From Prasinococcaceae sp. CCMP 1430 (Eukaryota > Plantae > Prasinodermophyta), in NCBI GenBank assembly GCA_013416795.1, contig RQSC01000306.1:1324-58750 (forward strand): a stretch of DNA of 57,427 nt, in the 5' to 3' direction. The translations under genes and the position numbers were made by a program. The number at the start of each line of letters is the position of its first letter. Position 1 is the stretch's first letter. The notes beneath the pieces are model-generated. The model was given only the letters and a program-made list of their open reading frames with translations, ran no database searches and was not told the DNA's origin. Shown here one piece after another: positions 1 through 11,600 of the stretch.

Positions 1-561
1 GCTCGGCTCGGCTCGGCGAGCCGGGCTCCGTCCGAGCCGGCTCGGCGCCGATCCGCGCCGCACACCACGCGCCGGGTCGCGCTCCGCCCCGCGCGGAGGG
101 TGGGGGTTGCGGTTCTATGAGGGTCCCTCCCTTTCTACATTCATTTTGCACTTGTTTTGGTGGGTGGGGTTGGGGTTTCGCTTCTTGGTTGGTGCGGCCC
201 CTCCCCACTCCTCGTTCTAACTCTCTCTCCCTGTCTTTCGTTGTGCGGTTTCGCAGTTCGCGCACATGTGCGCTCCGCGCGCCCCGCCGCCGCGCCAAGG
301 GGCAGCGGCGGGGGCGCCTCCCTCCCCCTCGCCGCCTCCCCGCACGCCCCTCCCCCGCGCAGTTTGCGGCGCCGCGCGGTTGCGCAGCGCATGGCGCGCG
401 CGCGCCGCCGAATTGTTCCGCCGCGCCCGCCGGGCGGTCCCACTGCGCACCGCCGCTGGCTCGGTCCGGGCGCGCCCGGTTGGCGCTCGCTTGCTTTGGC
501 CCCTCGCCCTCTCCATCTCACCCCCGCTCTGCCTCGGGCCATCGCGGCTCATCCCTGCTTC

Positions 562-3500
562 ATGCCGCGGCCGAAGACGGGGCGCTCGATCGAGACGTAC
601 CGATGCAGCCGCTCGCCTTCGCCAGCAGGACACGCGGGGTGGGTGTGGGTGCCCGCCAGCGCCACCCGAAGGCTGTGGACGCATGGCACTGTCACGCGCC
701 AGTCGACGCCCCTCCCTCGCCGGGCTCTCTGCACCTAGCTCGCTTCAGTTGGAGAGAGACTGTTCGAGGCAGGCCTTCGTTCGAGTTGCTCCCATTCGTC
801 CATCCGACGCGCTGCGCATTTCCGCGCTGCCCCTCCGTGCTGCTGCTAGAGCTCGCCAATGCTGCTGCCACCACTGCTGCTGCCGCCACCCCCAGGCAGG
901 CACAGCTGGCATCTGCGCAGCGCTTCCGCGGTGCGCCGCGCCGCCGCGGCGGTGCCGATTCTTCCCCGCGGGCGGCGCGCGCCCGGCGGAGATCGGCGAT
1001 TCTACTCCGTGTTTTGCGCCGGCGGCGTCGGCGGGACTGGTCGGCGCGAGCTCGGGCGCCCGGGCCCCGGCGCTCCTCGGCGGGNNNNNNNNNNNNNNNN
1101 NNNNNNNNNNNNNNNNNNNNNNNNNNNNNNNNNNNNNNNNNNNNNNNNNNNNNNNNNNNNNNNNNNNNNNNNNNNNNNNNNNNNNNNNNNNNNNNNNNNN
1201 NNNNNNNNNNNNNNNNNNNCCCCGCGCGAGAGCTGCGCGCGCGCCGCGCCGCGCGCTGACGGTGCCCTCACCCCGCCCACCCTGTCGCGCACCGACCGTC
1301 CAACTTCACGCCGGCGCGCTGCAGGCGCCCTCGCTCACGACGTACCGCGAGCAGAGCTGCCTAGTCAACATGCAGCTGCTGCGCGGAGCCGTCAGGGCGC
1401 ACATGCCCGGGCGCGTGCTGCTCAACGCTGCGCCAGAGTGGTCCCCCAACGTGCAGGTGTACCGCGAGGACGAGTTCATCAGGAGAGACCAGGCCTTCGA
1501 GGCGGGCGTGCGCGCCACGATGGCGGTGCCGCTCTTCTTCCTCGACGACGATTCAGACGCCGGCGAGGTGCGATGCGCGTTGCCGAGGCGGCCCTCGCGC
1601 GCGGCGCGAGCCCGCGCGCCGCCACCGGCGTGCTCCGCCCTGCACGCTGACAACCCCCTTTCCACCTTCGCGCCTGTGCCCACCGGCTTGCCCCCACGCT
1701 TTCAACGACGGTGACCTGCACTCGATTGACGCGCAGGCGCCGGGCAACGGCGCGCGTAGAGGCTCGACCTGCAGTGACGGCAAGAGGCGCCCCGCCGGTG
1801 CGGCCGTCGTGATCGTGAAGAACCCCGAAGTCGACGACATTCCAGGATCGGGCGGGCGACCCAGCGCAGATGAGGCGCCGTACTTGCACAATGGCTCAAT
1901 CGGCGTACTGGAGGTGGCGACGCTCGCCGAGAACCTCTACTTCCGTGCGACCTACGAGGCAGCGGTGGGCCGTATCCTCGAGGACGAGGGGCTCAGCATG
2001 GTGCCCTCAAATGCGTGTGTGGCGGTCGCGGCGGCGATGCACCCGACGCCCGCGCTGCCACCGGCGCCGGCTGTCCGACGCGTGCCGCCGCACGGGCTGC
2101 GTTGCGCCCTGTCGGAACTCGTGAATGCGTACCCGTTGCCGCTCGTGCAGACTTGGGAGCTCTCGCAGCGACCCCAGAAAGCAAGTGCGAGGGGCATGGG
2201 TGCGAAGAATGGCAGCGCAGGCGTGGAAACGTCAGGCATCATGTTGCCAATTCGTGGCCCGTATGCGGTGGGCTCTCCGTCGGCGTGGGGCTACCGGCGC
2301 GTTTGCTGCGACAGCGCGCCCCCGCCGCGGCACAGCGGGGCAGCAGGCGCCGCGACGACGCTAGTAGGTAGCGTGTACCTCTCCAACTCGATCGCCGTCG
2401 AGCCAGACCTGCTCTCGGCCGCGTTCCAGCAGTGCCCGCTGAAGCAAGTGGCGGCGCTCTCAAACATGGGCGCGTCCGTGGCCTTCGCTGCCGACGTGTA
2501 CGAGAGCGTCGACTGTGGCAATCCGGCTGCCAAGACGCGCACGATCTTCGAGATCTTCTTCCACAAGGAGCGCCCGACAACTGGCGACTCCCCGAGCTCG
2601 TCATCCTCGCGTTTCACGCGCCAGCTCGTCTACAACGCCTCGAGCCGCATCATCACATCGCTGGTCGAGATTGCCGCTACCTACGACGTCGGCGTGGACC
2701 TGCCTCCCATGCTCAAGGCTGCCTTCGACAAGTCTCGCCCTGAGGACCAGGAGAGCGCCATGCGCGCACTCGGATTGGTGGACGACGTGGACCAACAGAC
2801 CGCCGCGGTGGCGGCCGGCGCGGCCGGCGCTTACCCGTACCCGATGGCCGGCGCAAACGTTGCACCGGCCGTGAATGTCGGTGGTGGCACAACCGCACTC
2901 GCTGCAGCTATCGGGAGGCTCACAGGGACGCCCATGTCGCCCACAGCCGTGGCTGAGCTCGCGGCCGCCCGTGCGGGCGTCGCCGCCGCCACAAACGATG
3001 GTGCCAAGGGCAGCGGGTCGAAGCGAAAGATGGAGTCTAAGGGTATTACGCTGCCCATGCTGCAAGCTCACTTCAATATGACGCTCAAGGATGCTGCTGC
3101 AGCGCTTGGGCTGTGCACGACCACCCTCAAGCGCGTGTGCCGCTCGCACGGCATCTCGCGTTGGCCATGCCGAAAGCTGAAGAAGATGAATTGCTTGGAG
3201 GGTTCGTTGCAGAGGCTGCACGCCGAGATCAGTGGTGGTCCAATGTCGAACACCATGAGGACTGGTGGGACGGCAACCAACACAGAGCGTAGCGGCCGCG
3301 CGCAGCCGGCTCCTAGCGCGAGCATTGGCGGCGCCCCGAGCGTCGGCATCGGTGGCGTGGACCCAACAGCCACGGCCACAGGCGGCGCGCGCGTGGCAGA
3401 CGCTCACGCGCATGCGGCGCAAGCACAGCGCGCGCAGTACTACCACCAGACGGCCGAGCACGAGAAAGCCGCCCATGCTCATGCACAGCAGCTGCTTGTT

Positions 3501-5228
3501 CAGCAGCAAATGCAGCAGCAATCGGAACAGCAGCAATCGGAACAGCACCAAATGCAGCAGTCCGACCAGCAGCGGCTCGTGCAGCAGCTCATGCAGCAAC
3601 AGCAGCTCATGCAGCAGCAGCAGCAGCAGCAGGCGCAACAGCAGCAGGCACAGCAGCAGCAGATGGGAGGCGCCCATCCCATGCACTCTGCAGGCATGCC
3701 GCCGCACACGATCGACATGGGCCCCGCAGTGCACCAGCAGTATGCACAGCAGCCTGGTGGCCACGGTGTGCACCCGCAAACCTACAGCGTTGGCCACCCG
3801 CCTGCTGCCGGCACCGCCGGGGTCGGTGCTGTCAGCGGGCCTGCGACGCAGCAAGTGGACAACATGGAGGAGCTCTTCGGCGCGTCTGTGCGTGACGTTT
3901 TCCGGCCGCCGCCGAACCTGGACATGCAGTCTGTGCATGGGCCCGCGCAAGGCGGGGTGCTCAGCAACATGTACAACGCCAGCAAGGGCGGTGGCGGGGA
4001 TGGCGCTGCCGCCGCCGACATGAGCGCTGGCCACGATGTTCTAGGAGGACGCAAGACTGTCCTTGGATTCGACCCTTCGCAAGGCTTCACTCCCGCGCCC
4101 GAGGCGATCTCCGATGAAGGCCAACAGCCGCAGGTCCAGCCGGGGATGCAGGGCGGTGCCCCTCATGCGAGTGCGCAGATGGCGCAAGCTCCGCAGCCTG
4201 GCGGTGCTTCGCAAGAGCATATCAACAACCAGCCCAATGCTCTGGTCGGCGCCGCCACCGCGGCCGCTGCGGCTGCGGCAACGCAGTACGCCATGGGCCT
4301 GGGCGGCGGCGCCAATGGTGGCACGGCGCATGCTGGCATGCCACCGTCCTCTGGAGCCGCGGCTGGCCTCAACCCGATCAGCCCTGCCTTCAACATTCCC
4401 ACTCCCTACGAAGAAGATATGGAGAAGATGCTCAACAGTGGCATGAACCCGCTCTCGCCCAACTTTTTCGCCGGCCAGGGTCTCACACCTGCTATGACCC
4501 CTGGCGATCAGCAGCTCGCACACCGCGGCGTGGCGATGGGCGAGGCGCAGCAGCAGCAACTTCTGCAACAGCAACAGCCGCAGCAGCAGCCGCAGCAGCA
4601 GCAGCGGGGCCAGCAACGGCGGCGGCGGCCAAGACAGCGGAGCGGGCAAGCTGGGCGACTGCCTGCTGCGCAGGCTACACAGCCGAACACAGGGAATGGG
4701 GTGAGCCCCGGCGAGGGGGAAACCTCCCCCAGTGCAGCATATGCCGTGCTCGGCGCAGGCGCGCCTGGCGTCGCGGGCGAGCTTGCGCCCGTGGCCGTTC
4801 AGCCGGACGGCGTGCAGCTCCCCATATCAACGATACCGCCGGGCGGGACAGGCACTGGTGCGGGCGGGAGCGGCGGAGCTCTCAATGGCCGCCGCGTGAA
4901 TGGCGGCCACGCGGTGAGTGAGACGATTGGCAACGCCGGTGAGCCCGGCGACATCCTGCTCAAGGTCCAGCACCACGACGAGATGGTTCGCCTGCGCCTG
5001 CCACTCTCACAGGCCGACCTCGCGAGCGTAAGCGAGCGCGTGTCGGCGAGCATCGGCTGTTCGGTATGCTCGCTGCGCCTGCGGTACAAGGACGACGACG
5101 GCGACTGGATACGATTGGACACGGCGCACGACTTTGACGAGCTCGTGGCGGCAATGCGCGAGGCGCGCATCCAACAGGGCAACCCTGACCAGCAGCTCAC
5201 TATGAAGCTCCAGGTCGTCTCGGTGTGA
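562..5228 (+). CDS. NLP: NIN-like protein (NLP/NIT2-type RWP-RK transcription factor with GAF-like N-terminus and C-terminal PB1), spliced
   Basis: WVWVP (from ATG 562); exon 1325-1567 HMPGRVLLNAAPEWSPNVQVYREDEF..VRATMAVPLF matches the NLP GAF-like motif; phase-0 intron 1568-1736; RWP-RK core ITLPMLQAHFNMTLKDAAAALGLCTTTLKRVCRSHGISRWPCRKLKK; PB1 LKVQHHDEMVRLRL..LRYKDDDGDWIRL. The 5' exon structure is uncertain (N gap 1085-1219). Confidence 0.9.
1085..1219. other. Assembly gap (N run); others at 44925-45310, 53215-53250, 53896-54027
   Basis: Runs of n. Confidence 0.99.
3495..3662 (+). repeat. CAG/CAA-rich poly-Gln tract inside NLP (second tract about 4548-4615)
   Basis: Translation QQQMQQQSEQQQSEQ..QQQQQQQAQQQQAQQQQ. 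Confidence 0.9.
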
Positions 5229-5801
5229 GCTGCCCCATAGGAGACACCGCCGGCGCGCAGGTGCGCCGGTGCCCTCGAGCGTAGATACGCAAGCACGTAA
5301 TACATGTAGTTCCAACGCCGGCGTCCGTCGCCCCGCTGTCCGGGCCACCATCTGCGCGGGCGCTCTCTGCGTCCTCCCCATGGGTCGGCGACGACTGGTC
5401 AACTACGCTTCCCCCCACCCCACCCCACCCCACCCCGTCCCGCCCATCGCCTCCGCGCGCACCGCACCACCGCCGACTTTCGCTTTCCGTCCGGGTCGGA
5501 TTTCGCGCGCGGCCATCCGCGGATTGGATCCGAATCCTCGGTGCGCCGCTGCGCCACACGTCCCCACGCCGCGCCGCGCGCGCGCGCGCGCGCGCCTCCT
5601 CGGCGCGCCCGCGAAATTGGGCGGATGCGCGAAATCCCCGGCGGCAGAAGCTCCTGCGCCCGCACCGCGGCCCCGCGCCGGAATCGCGGGCGGCGCGCGC
5701 TAAATCCAGTTCTGCGTTTTTGTGTGCCCCCGAGCCGCTGCCGCTGCCGCTGCCGCTGCCGCTCCGCTGCTGCGAGCGGCGCACCCGCAGGCGCGTGAGG
5801 G

Positions 5802-8450
5802 GTGGCCGCTGCCAGCCTCTGGCACACGCCGCGCGGCGAGCGGGGCGCGGACGGGATCCGCGAGCGCCGCGCGCGCGCCGCGGCGATAGGGCCGCGTGGC
5901 GGTGTAGGCCTCGAGACGGCCGCGACGGTGGCGGTGGCGGCCGCGACCGAGGTCGCGAGCGCCGTGCGCATGCGCGGGGTGGACGCGCCGGACGTGGGCG
6001 GCAAGACCTTCGTGGCCATGGGCGAGTCAGACGACGATGACGACGGCGATGTGTCCGGACTGCCGCGTGTGTACGACCGCAATGCCATCGAAGAGTACTG
6101 GCGCACGCAGGGCGGCGCGCTGCAGCAGCGCTGGTCGGAGTTCGTGCGGCTGAGCGTGCCGCTGCTCACGCGCGTCGTCGCGTTGGGCATTAAGGGCGGC
6201 GCCGACGAGCTCGCAGCCGAGGGCGCCAGCCTCGCCCGGCAAGCGCGACTCATCATGGAGGAGCTGGGGCCAACGTACATTAAAGCGGGCCAGATGATGA
6301 GCGTGAGGCCAGACGTCCTGCCGCAGGTTGCGTTGGACGAGCTCGCCGCCTTGCAGGACAGCGTGCAGCCCTTCGAGACGCGCGTAGCCATCGAGACAAT
6401 TGAGGCTGAGCTGGGCGCGCCACTGGGCGCGGCCTTCTCGGAAATATCCGAGGAGCCCGTGGCCGCCGCGTCGTTGGCCCAGGTGCATAAAGCCAAGCTG
6501 GCAGACAGCGGTGAGTGGGTGGCCGTCAAAGTCCAGCGCCCGGCTGTGCTGGAGACCGTGAGCAAGGACCTGTATGTGCTCAGGCGCGCCGCTGAGGTCT
6601 ATCAGGGCCTCATCGAGCGCTTTGCCCCTCAGCAGCGTACCAACTACGTTGGGCTTCTGAACGAGTGGGCCGTGGGATTTTATACTGAGCTCGACTTCCA
6701 GAACGAGGCTAACAACCAGACCAAAATCAGGCGCCTGCTCGCCGAGGAAGGCGTGGAGGGCGTGTACGTTCCGCGCGTGTACGACGAGCTGTGCACTCGC
6801 CGCCTGCTGGTTACCGAGTGGGTGGACGGCAAAAAGCTGAGCGAGTGCGAGCCGGAGGAGATCCGCGCCCTCGTTGCCGTCGGTCAGGAGTGCTTCCTGA
6901 CGCAGCTGCTTCAAGTGGGGTTCTTCCACTCTGATCCCCATCCCGGGAATATCCTACGCATGGACGACGCCTCGAAGGGCAAGATTGCTCTGATTGACTT
7001 CGGCCTGGTGGCGACAATCGAGCAGGAGGACATGGACACCATGGTGAGCTCGATTGTGCACCTTGCGAACAAGGACTACGCGGCGCTCGTGGACGATTTC
7101 ATTGCGCTTGAAATCCTGCCGGCCGACTGCGACAGGTCCAAGGTGGAGCCCCTGATGGACAAGGCGCTCAGCCCATACGTGAAGGGCGGCGGCGCGAAGA
7201 ACTATGAAGCTGAGCTGAAGCGCATGTATGGCATGGAAGGCGGGGGGCTGGAAGCGACCGCCGGCGGGTTCCAGGCGATGACGCAGGACGCACTGACTGT
7301 GCTGAACGACATACCGTTCAGCATCCCGCCCTATTTTGCCTTGCTTGCACGCGCGGTCGTCACCCTTGAAGGCGTCGCACTGATCGGCGATCCCTCGTAC
7401 AGGCTGGTCATGGAGAGCTACCCCTTCGTGGCGAGAAAGTTGTTGAAGGAGGACAGGCCCGAGGTGCAGCGTGCGCTCGCCGAGGTGCTGTACGGTGGCG
7501 GCGCAGGTTCCGCCGTCGGGGAGTCCCTTCGTGGCGCGCGTCTGGCCACACTGCTCAATTCTGCGATGGGCGTGGTCGCGCAGACAAGCGAGGCCTTCGT
7601 CGATCTCGAGACAGTGCCTGAAGAGGGCGTGTCGCTCTCAGAGGCGCTCGAGTACGCGCTGTCGCCACAGGCGGCGAGCCTGCGCACACTTCTAGAGGAC
7701 GAAGCCGCCATTGCGGCCGACCTTCTCGCGCGGCAGGCGGCGCGGCGCGCGTTCGGGCGTGCGGTGAGTGCCCTGCCGTCGCCTCCGCTGCCTTTCCTCC
7801 CCAGGCCCGAAGATGTGCCGCTGCCTGTGCTGCTGCCCACACGCTCGACGGGCGGCAATGACGGCGCGGCCGACGGCAACGCACCTGCCCCAGTGCCCGC
7901 CCTCCTCGCTCCCACAAAGCTACTCGACGCCCTCGCCCCGCCGCCGAGCCGCGAGGAGGAATTGTACGCGCTCTCCCTCCTTGACCTCGCCGAGGTCTCG
8001 CTCGGCTCGCGCGCGGCGACGCTGCTCTCGGGCGACGCGCTCACCGATCCGCGTGAAGTTGGCAGTACACTGCTGCGAGCACTTGCGCTCGCTGGCACAA
8101 ACTCCAATGCCGGTGACGATGGGGCTGGCGTGCCGCCACAGGTGATTGAGGTGGCACAGAGCCTCGCAGAGCTGCTCGCACCCGATACCGAGAGTGCCAC
8201 GAGCGGCGGCGCGCGTGCGGGCGGCGTCGCGCTATCTTCGCAGCACTCGGAAGGCGCGAGTGGCAGCGATGGCGCTGACGAGAACGTTCGTGAGCTTGCC
8301 CACACACTGCGCGAGCTCAATGAGGAGCAGCGCGCGGCTCTGGCTGATTTTGGTTCTCGCATTGGTGCCAGGGTGTACGACAAACTGGTGGAACGCGCGC
8401 TGCCTCTCGCGGGGGCGGGGGCGCAGGAGGTAAATGCGGTGGCCGCGTGA
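5802..8450 (+). CDS. ABC1K: ABC1/UbiB-family atypical kinase (plastid ABC1K type); true start uncertain (first ATG at 5970)
   Basis: LGPTYIKAGQMMSVRPD, PVAAASLAQVHKA, VAVKVQRP, ELDFQNEA, GFFHSDPHPGN, LIDFGLV motifs. Confidence 0.92.
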   Translation: MAAASLWHTPRGERGADGIRERRARAAAIGPRGGVGLETAATVAVAAATEVASAVRMRGVDAPDVGGKTFVAMGESDDDDDGDVSGLPRVYDRNAIEEYWRTQGGALQQRWSEFVRLSVPLLTRVVALGIKGGADELAAEGASLARQARLIMEELGPTYIKAGQMMSVRPDVLPQVALDELAALQDSVQPFETRVAIETIEAELGAPLGAAFSEISEEPVAAASLAQVHKAKLADSGEWVAVKVQRPAVLETVSKDLYVLRRAAEVYQGLIERFAPQQRTNYVGLLNEWAVGFYTELDFQNEANNQTKIRRLLAEEGVEGVYVPRVYDELCTRRLLVTEWVDGKKLSECEPEEIRALVAVGQECFLTQLLQVGFFHSDPHPGNILRMDDASKGKIALIDFGLVATIEQEDMDTMVSSIVHLANKDYAALVDDFIALEILPADCDRSKVEPLMDKALSPYVKGGGAKNYEAELKRMYGMEGGGLEATAGGFQAMTQDALTVLNDIPFSIPPYFALLARAVVTLEGVALIGDPSYRLVMESYPFVARKLLKEDRPEVQRALAEVLYGGGAGSAVGESLRGARLATLLNSAMGVVAQTSEAFVDLETVPEEGVSLSEALEYALSPQAASLRTLLEDEAAIAADLLARQAARRAFGRAVSALPSPPLPFLPRPEDVPLPVLLPTRSTGGNDGAADGNAPAPVPALLAPTKLLDALAPPPSREEELYALSLLDLAEVSLGSRAATLLSGDALTDPREVGSTLLRALALAGTNSNAGDDGAGVPPQVIEVAQSLAELLAPDTESATSGGARAGGVALSSQHSEGASGSDGADENVRELAHTLRELNEEQRAALADFGSRIGARVYDKLVERALPLAGAGAQEVNAVAA

Positions 8451-8631
8451 GGTGTAAATGTAACTTGTTTTGTCTTCGAACCGCCCACGTTTGCTTCGTG
8501 TGGCCTTTGTGAGCACGTTCGCTCACGTACAGAGCGCGCTGCGACATGACCGACCGGAGCGCGAGCGCGCAACTTCGCACAGTGGACGTGCTTCTCAGAG
8601 AGAAATTATCCGGGCGTCCATGCACGGCACA

Positions 8632-11600
8632 TCATGCCATCTGCTGCTGGACCTTTCGCGCCTCTCTGAGCAGCGCCTCGAGTAGCGCACGCAGCACGGA
8701 CTGCAGGCGGCCGTCTGCGCCGTAACCTTTCGTACCCGCCTCTATCAACTTGGACACTCCCCGCGCCACCCCAACGACGTTCTTGAGCCCCTGCATGTTG
8801 ACGAAGAAGCGAGGTACCTGCCAGCGCAAAATGTCCTCAAGAAAGAGGGCAACGACGCCCGCCCCAGCCGTGCCGAGGCCGCTGACGCCATTCACGCGTG
8901 TGCGGGGTAGCTCAAGCACAACCTGGTCCCACGGCGCGAGGTTGAGCAGCTGTGAGAGCTGTCCATCCTGCAGTGCGGCTGTGTCTAATTTTCGTGGCAA
9001 ATAATCCACGCGCACATAGGGGCAATTCACGAGCACCGACTGGAAGAAGGTCTCGTCGCCGCGGGTACTGGTGCATGCGCCGCTCGCCTGCGCGTCGGCG
9101 TTTGGGGCGCCCGCGACGGGCGATGCGGAGGTCACACCACCGCCGCCGTTGTTGCCCATCGCAGGCTTGTATGCGAAGTATGCTGCCATGAAGTCCGAAA
9201 CCTTATCAGCGCCAGCGCGAGAGAATGCCCCCGTCAGTAACGAGAGCCAACGGCAGTGGCGCACACCAGTCGCAGGCAATTGGCGCGTCAGTGAGGTACA
9301 AGAAACGCACCTGTTGGTCCAGTCGAGCACGCAGTGGCACCACGTCGACACGCAGCCGCGCCTCGGGCGCCTCCTCGCTTTGCGCATGCGCTGGCCGCGC
9401 AGGGCGGACCATTTCCAGCTCTAAACGTGCGGCGGGCGTCGCCGCCGCGGCAGTGTCGGCGGGTTCATCATGTACGCTGAGCACCTTGCTCCAAGCGGCA
9501 GCCGCCGAACAATCCCAAAGTTTGAGGTCGGCTGCAGCCAGCTCCAAGCGACATGCGAGGGGCGCGCCCGGCGCCAGAAGCTCGGCACACCCGCTCACGC
9601 CATCGATGGCGATCTGTAGCGCAGTGGTGGCATCCAGGGCACTGGAGAGGAGCGGCGCGTGCTGCGCGCAAGCGCGCGCCCCTGCACTGTCTCCCCATTC
9701 GAGCCCCGCGCGCAGCCACCAGCGCGCACAAAGTCCGCGCGCGCGCACGCACACGGCAACCGGATGTACACCAGTGCCTCTGGCGGTGCCCCTCGCGTCT
9801 CTGTTGCCTCCCGCGACATCCTGAGCGCCGCTACGAGCTCCCACAGCGCGGTGCTGGCCCATCACCTCGCCCGGCGGGCCCGGTGACGCACTGCTCACGT
9901 GCGCATCCCTCACGTCGGGCACAGTGTCGCCAAAGTAGCCGACCGACGGCAGCGGGGTCGAGTACGTGTCCACTGCAGGGTCGAGCCGCATGGCCTCCTC
10001 CACTCCCGCGAGGATGTCAGACGTGTCTGCTTCGTCGTCCGTGCCACCATGCGACACCAGGCCCTCGTCCCATGAGCGATCCACGTCGCCCACCGAGTCA
10101 AGGGTGTCATCAAGGCTTACGAGAAGCGCACCCTCCCGCAGTGCGCGCTCAGCAAAGCTCGGACTGCGCTGTTGCCGCGAGCTGGGCCGCGCCGTTTGCA
10201 CGGCGCAGCCGCCGCCGGTACCACCAGCCGCAATAGCGCCGACCGCAGCACCGAGTGCGTGGAGTACATCCGCACGCGCATCGACGTTGAGTTCCGCGTT
10301 GCCCACCTCAATGTCTAGCACGCCGCCAGCACTGTCCGAGTCAATCGCAGCAGTGACCTCGCGCTCGCTGGCGATGTGCACGTATGCGTGTTCGTCCAGG
10401 CCCCTCGCAGACGCGGCGCTCAACCCTGTGCCGCTTGCGCCGGGCGGTGGCACATGAACACCGATGTCTGCCAGTGATACGCGTGCGCGCGTGCCCTCGT
10501 TCATACCGCCAAGAGCTGCGCGGGCATCGCAGCGAGCGACGCAGATCACCACAGGCAGGTGCCGACGCACGACTGCGCGCGCGGCCGCACTCGAACCAGG
10601 CGAAGGCGGGCCTTTCGTGAGCGCGACCGACACGTCTTTTGCCTCAAAGAGTACGCTGATCTCGCCGACGCCCGTCTGCGCGTCGGTGTGCGACCCTCGG
10701 GGCGCACTCACGGTGCCAGCACCAGTCGTCTGTGGCTGACCCGCGATGTAGCGCGCCACTCCCTCTGTTAGCCACGCCATCCCACCGGAAGGCGCTGCCA
10801 GTGTCACGCCCGAGACCTCGCAACGCAGCGCCGTATCTACCGTGCCGACTCTGTCCCTTCTCGCACGGCGAGCGAGCACCGCGCGTGTGCCGCACCGCTC
10901 ACGCATGTGCGCGTGCGCGCCGCTGCCATCGCCGGAACTCCTGCCAAGCAACTCGTCCGAGGCTGAAAGGAGGTGCATTTGCCCATCCGCAGTGGTGCAT
11001 TCCGCTGCCCCGTGAGTCACGATAGTCATCGAGTCGCTCGCGCGTTCGTCCAAGCCGAGCACGTGGTCCACGCAGAGGCTGTCCATGCTCCAACGAAGCG
11101 AATTCTCGCGCGCATGCCAGGGCGAGGCGTGTGCCGTCTGCACCACATCCATGTCCATCTGCCAGGTAACACTTGCAGCACTGAAGCGTACGGCTGTCTG
11201 AGCGGTTGGGGCTGCTCCATTCGCGACCACGTACGCGAGCGACGCGCCGGTGGCCGCCATGGGTGCGAGCAGCTCATCACGCACAATCGCGAGGTGAGCC
11301 TCAGATGCGCGCACGTTCAGACGTGGCACAGCAAAGTCCAGCGTCGCGACGGCGTTGTCTCGCAATTCCGCTAGCGCGCGGGCACCACCGGCCGCACCGG
11401 CCACGTCGACACCTGCGGCCCGCCACGCAAGATCGGTCGCGCTCGTGTTTGCCCGCACATTTGTCCGGTCTCCATCACGGAGCTGCACGTCACAACGGAA
11501 AGGTGCGCCGATTGTGCCACTAGCTTCAAGAAGCGGCGCCACGCGTAGCCCAGTGCAACTTTCGCTGTTTGTGCGGGCGTCCGTGACGAGCCCGACAGCC

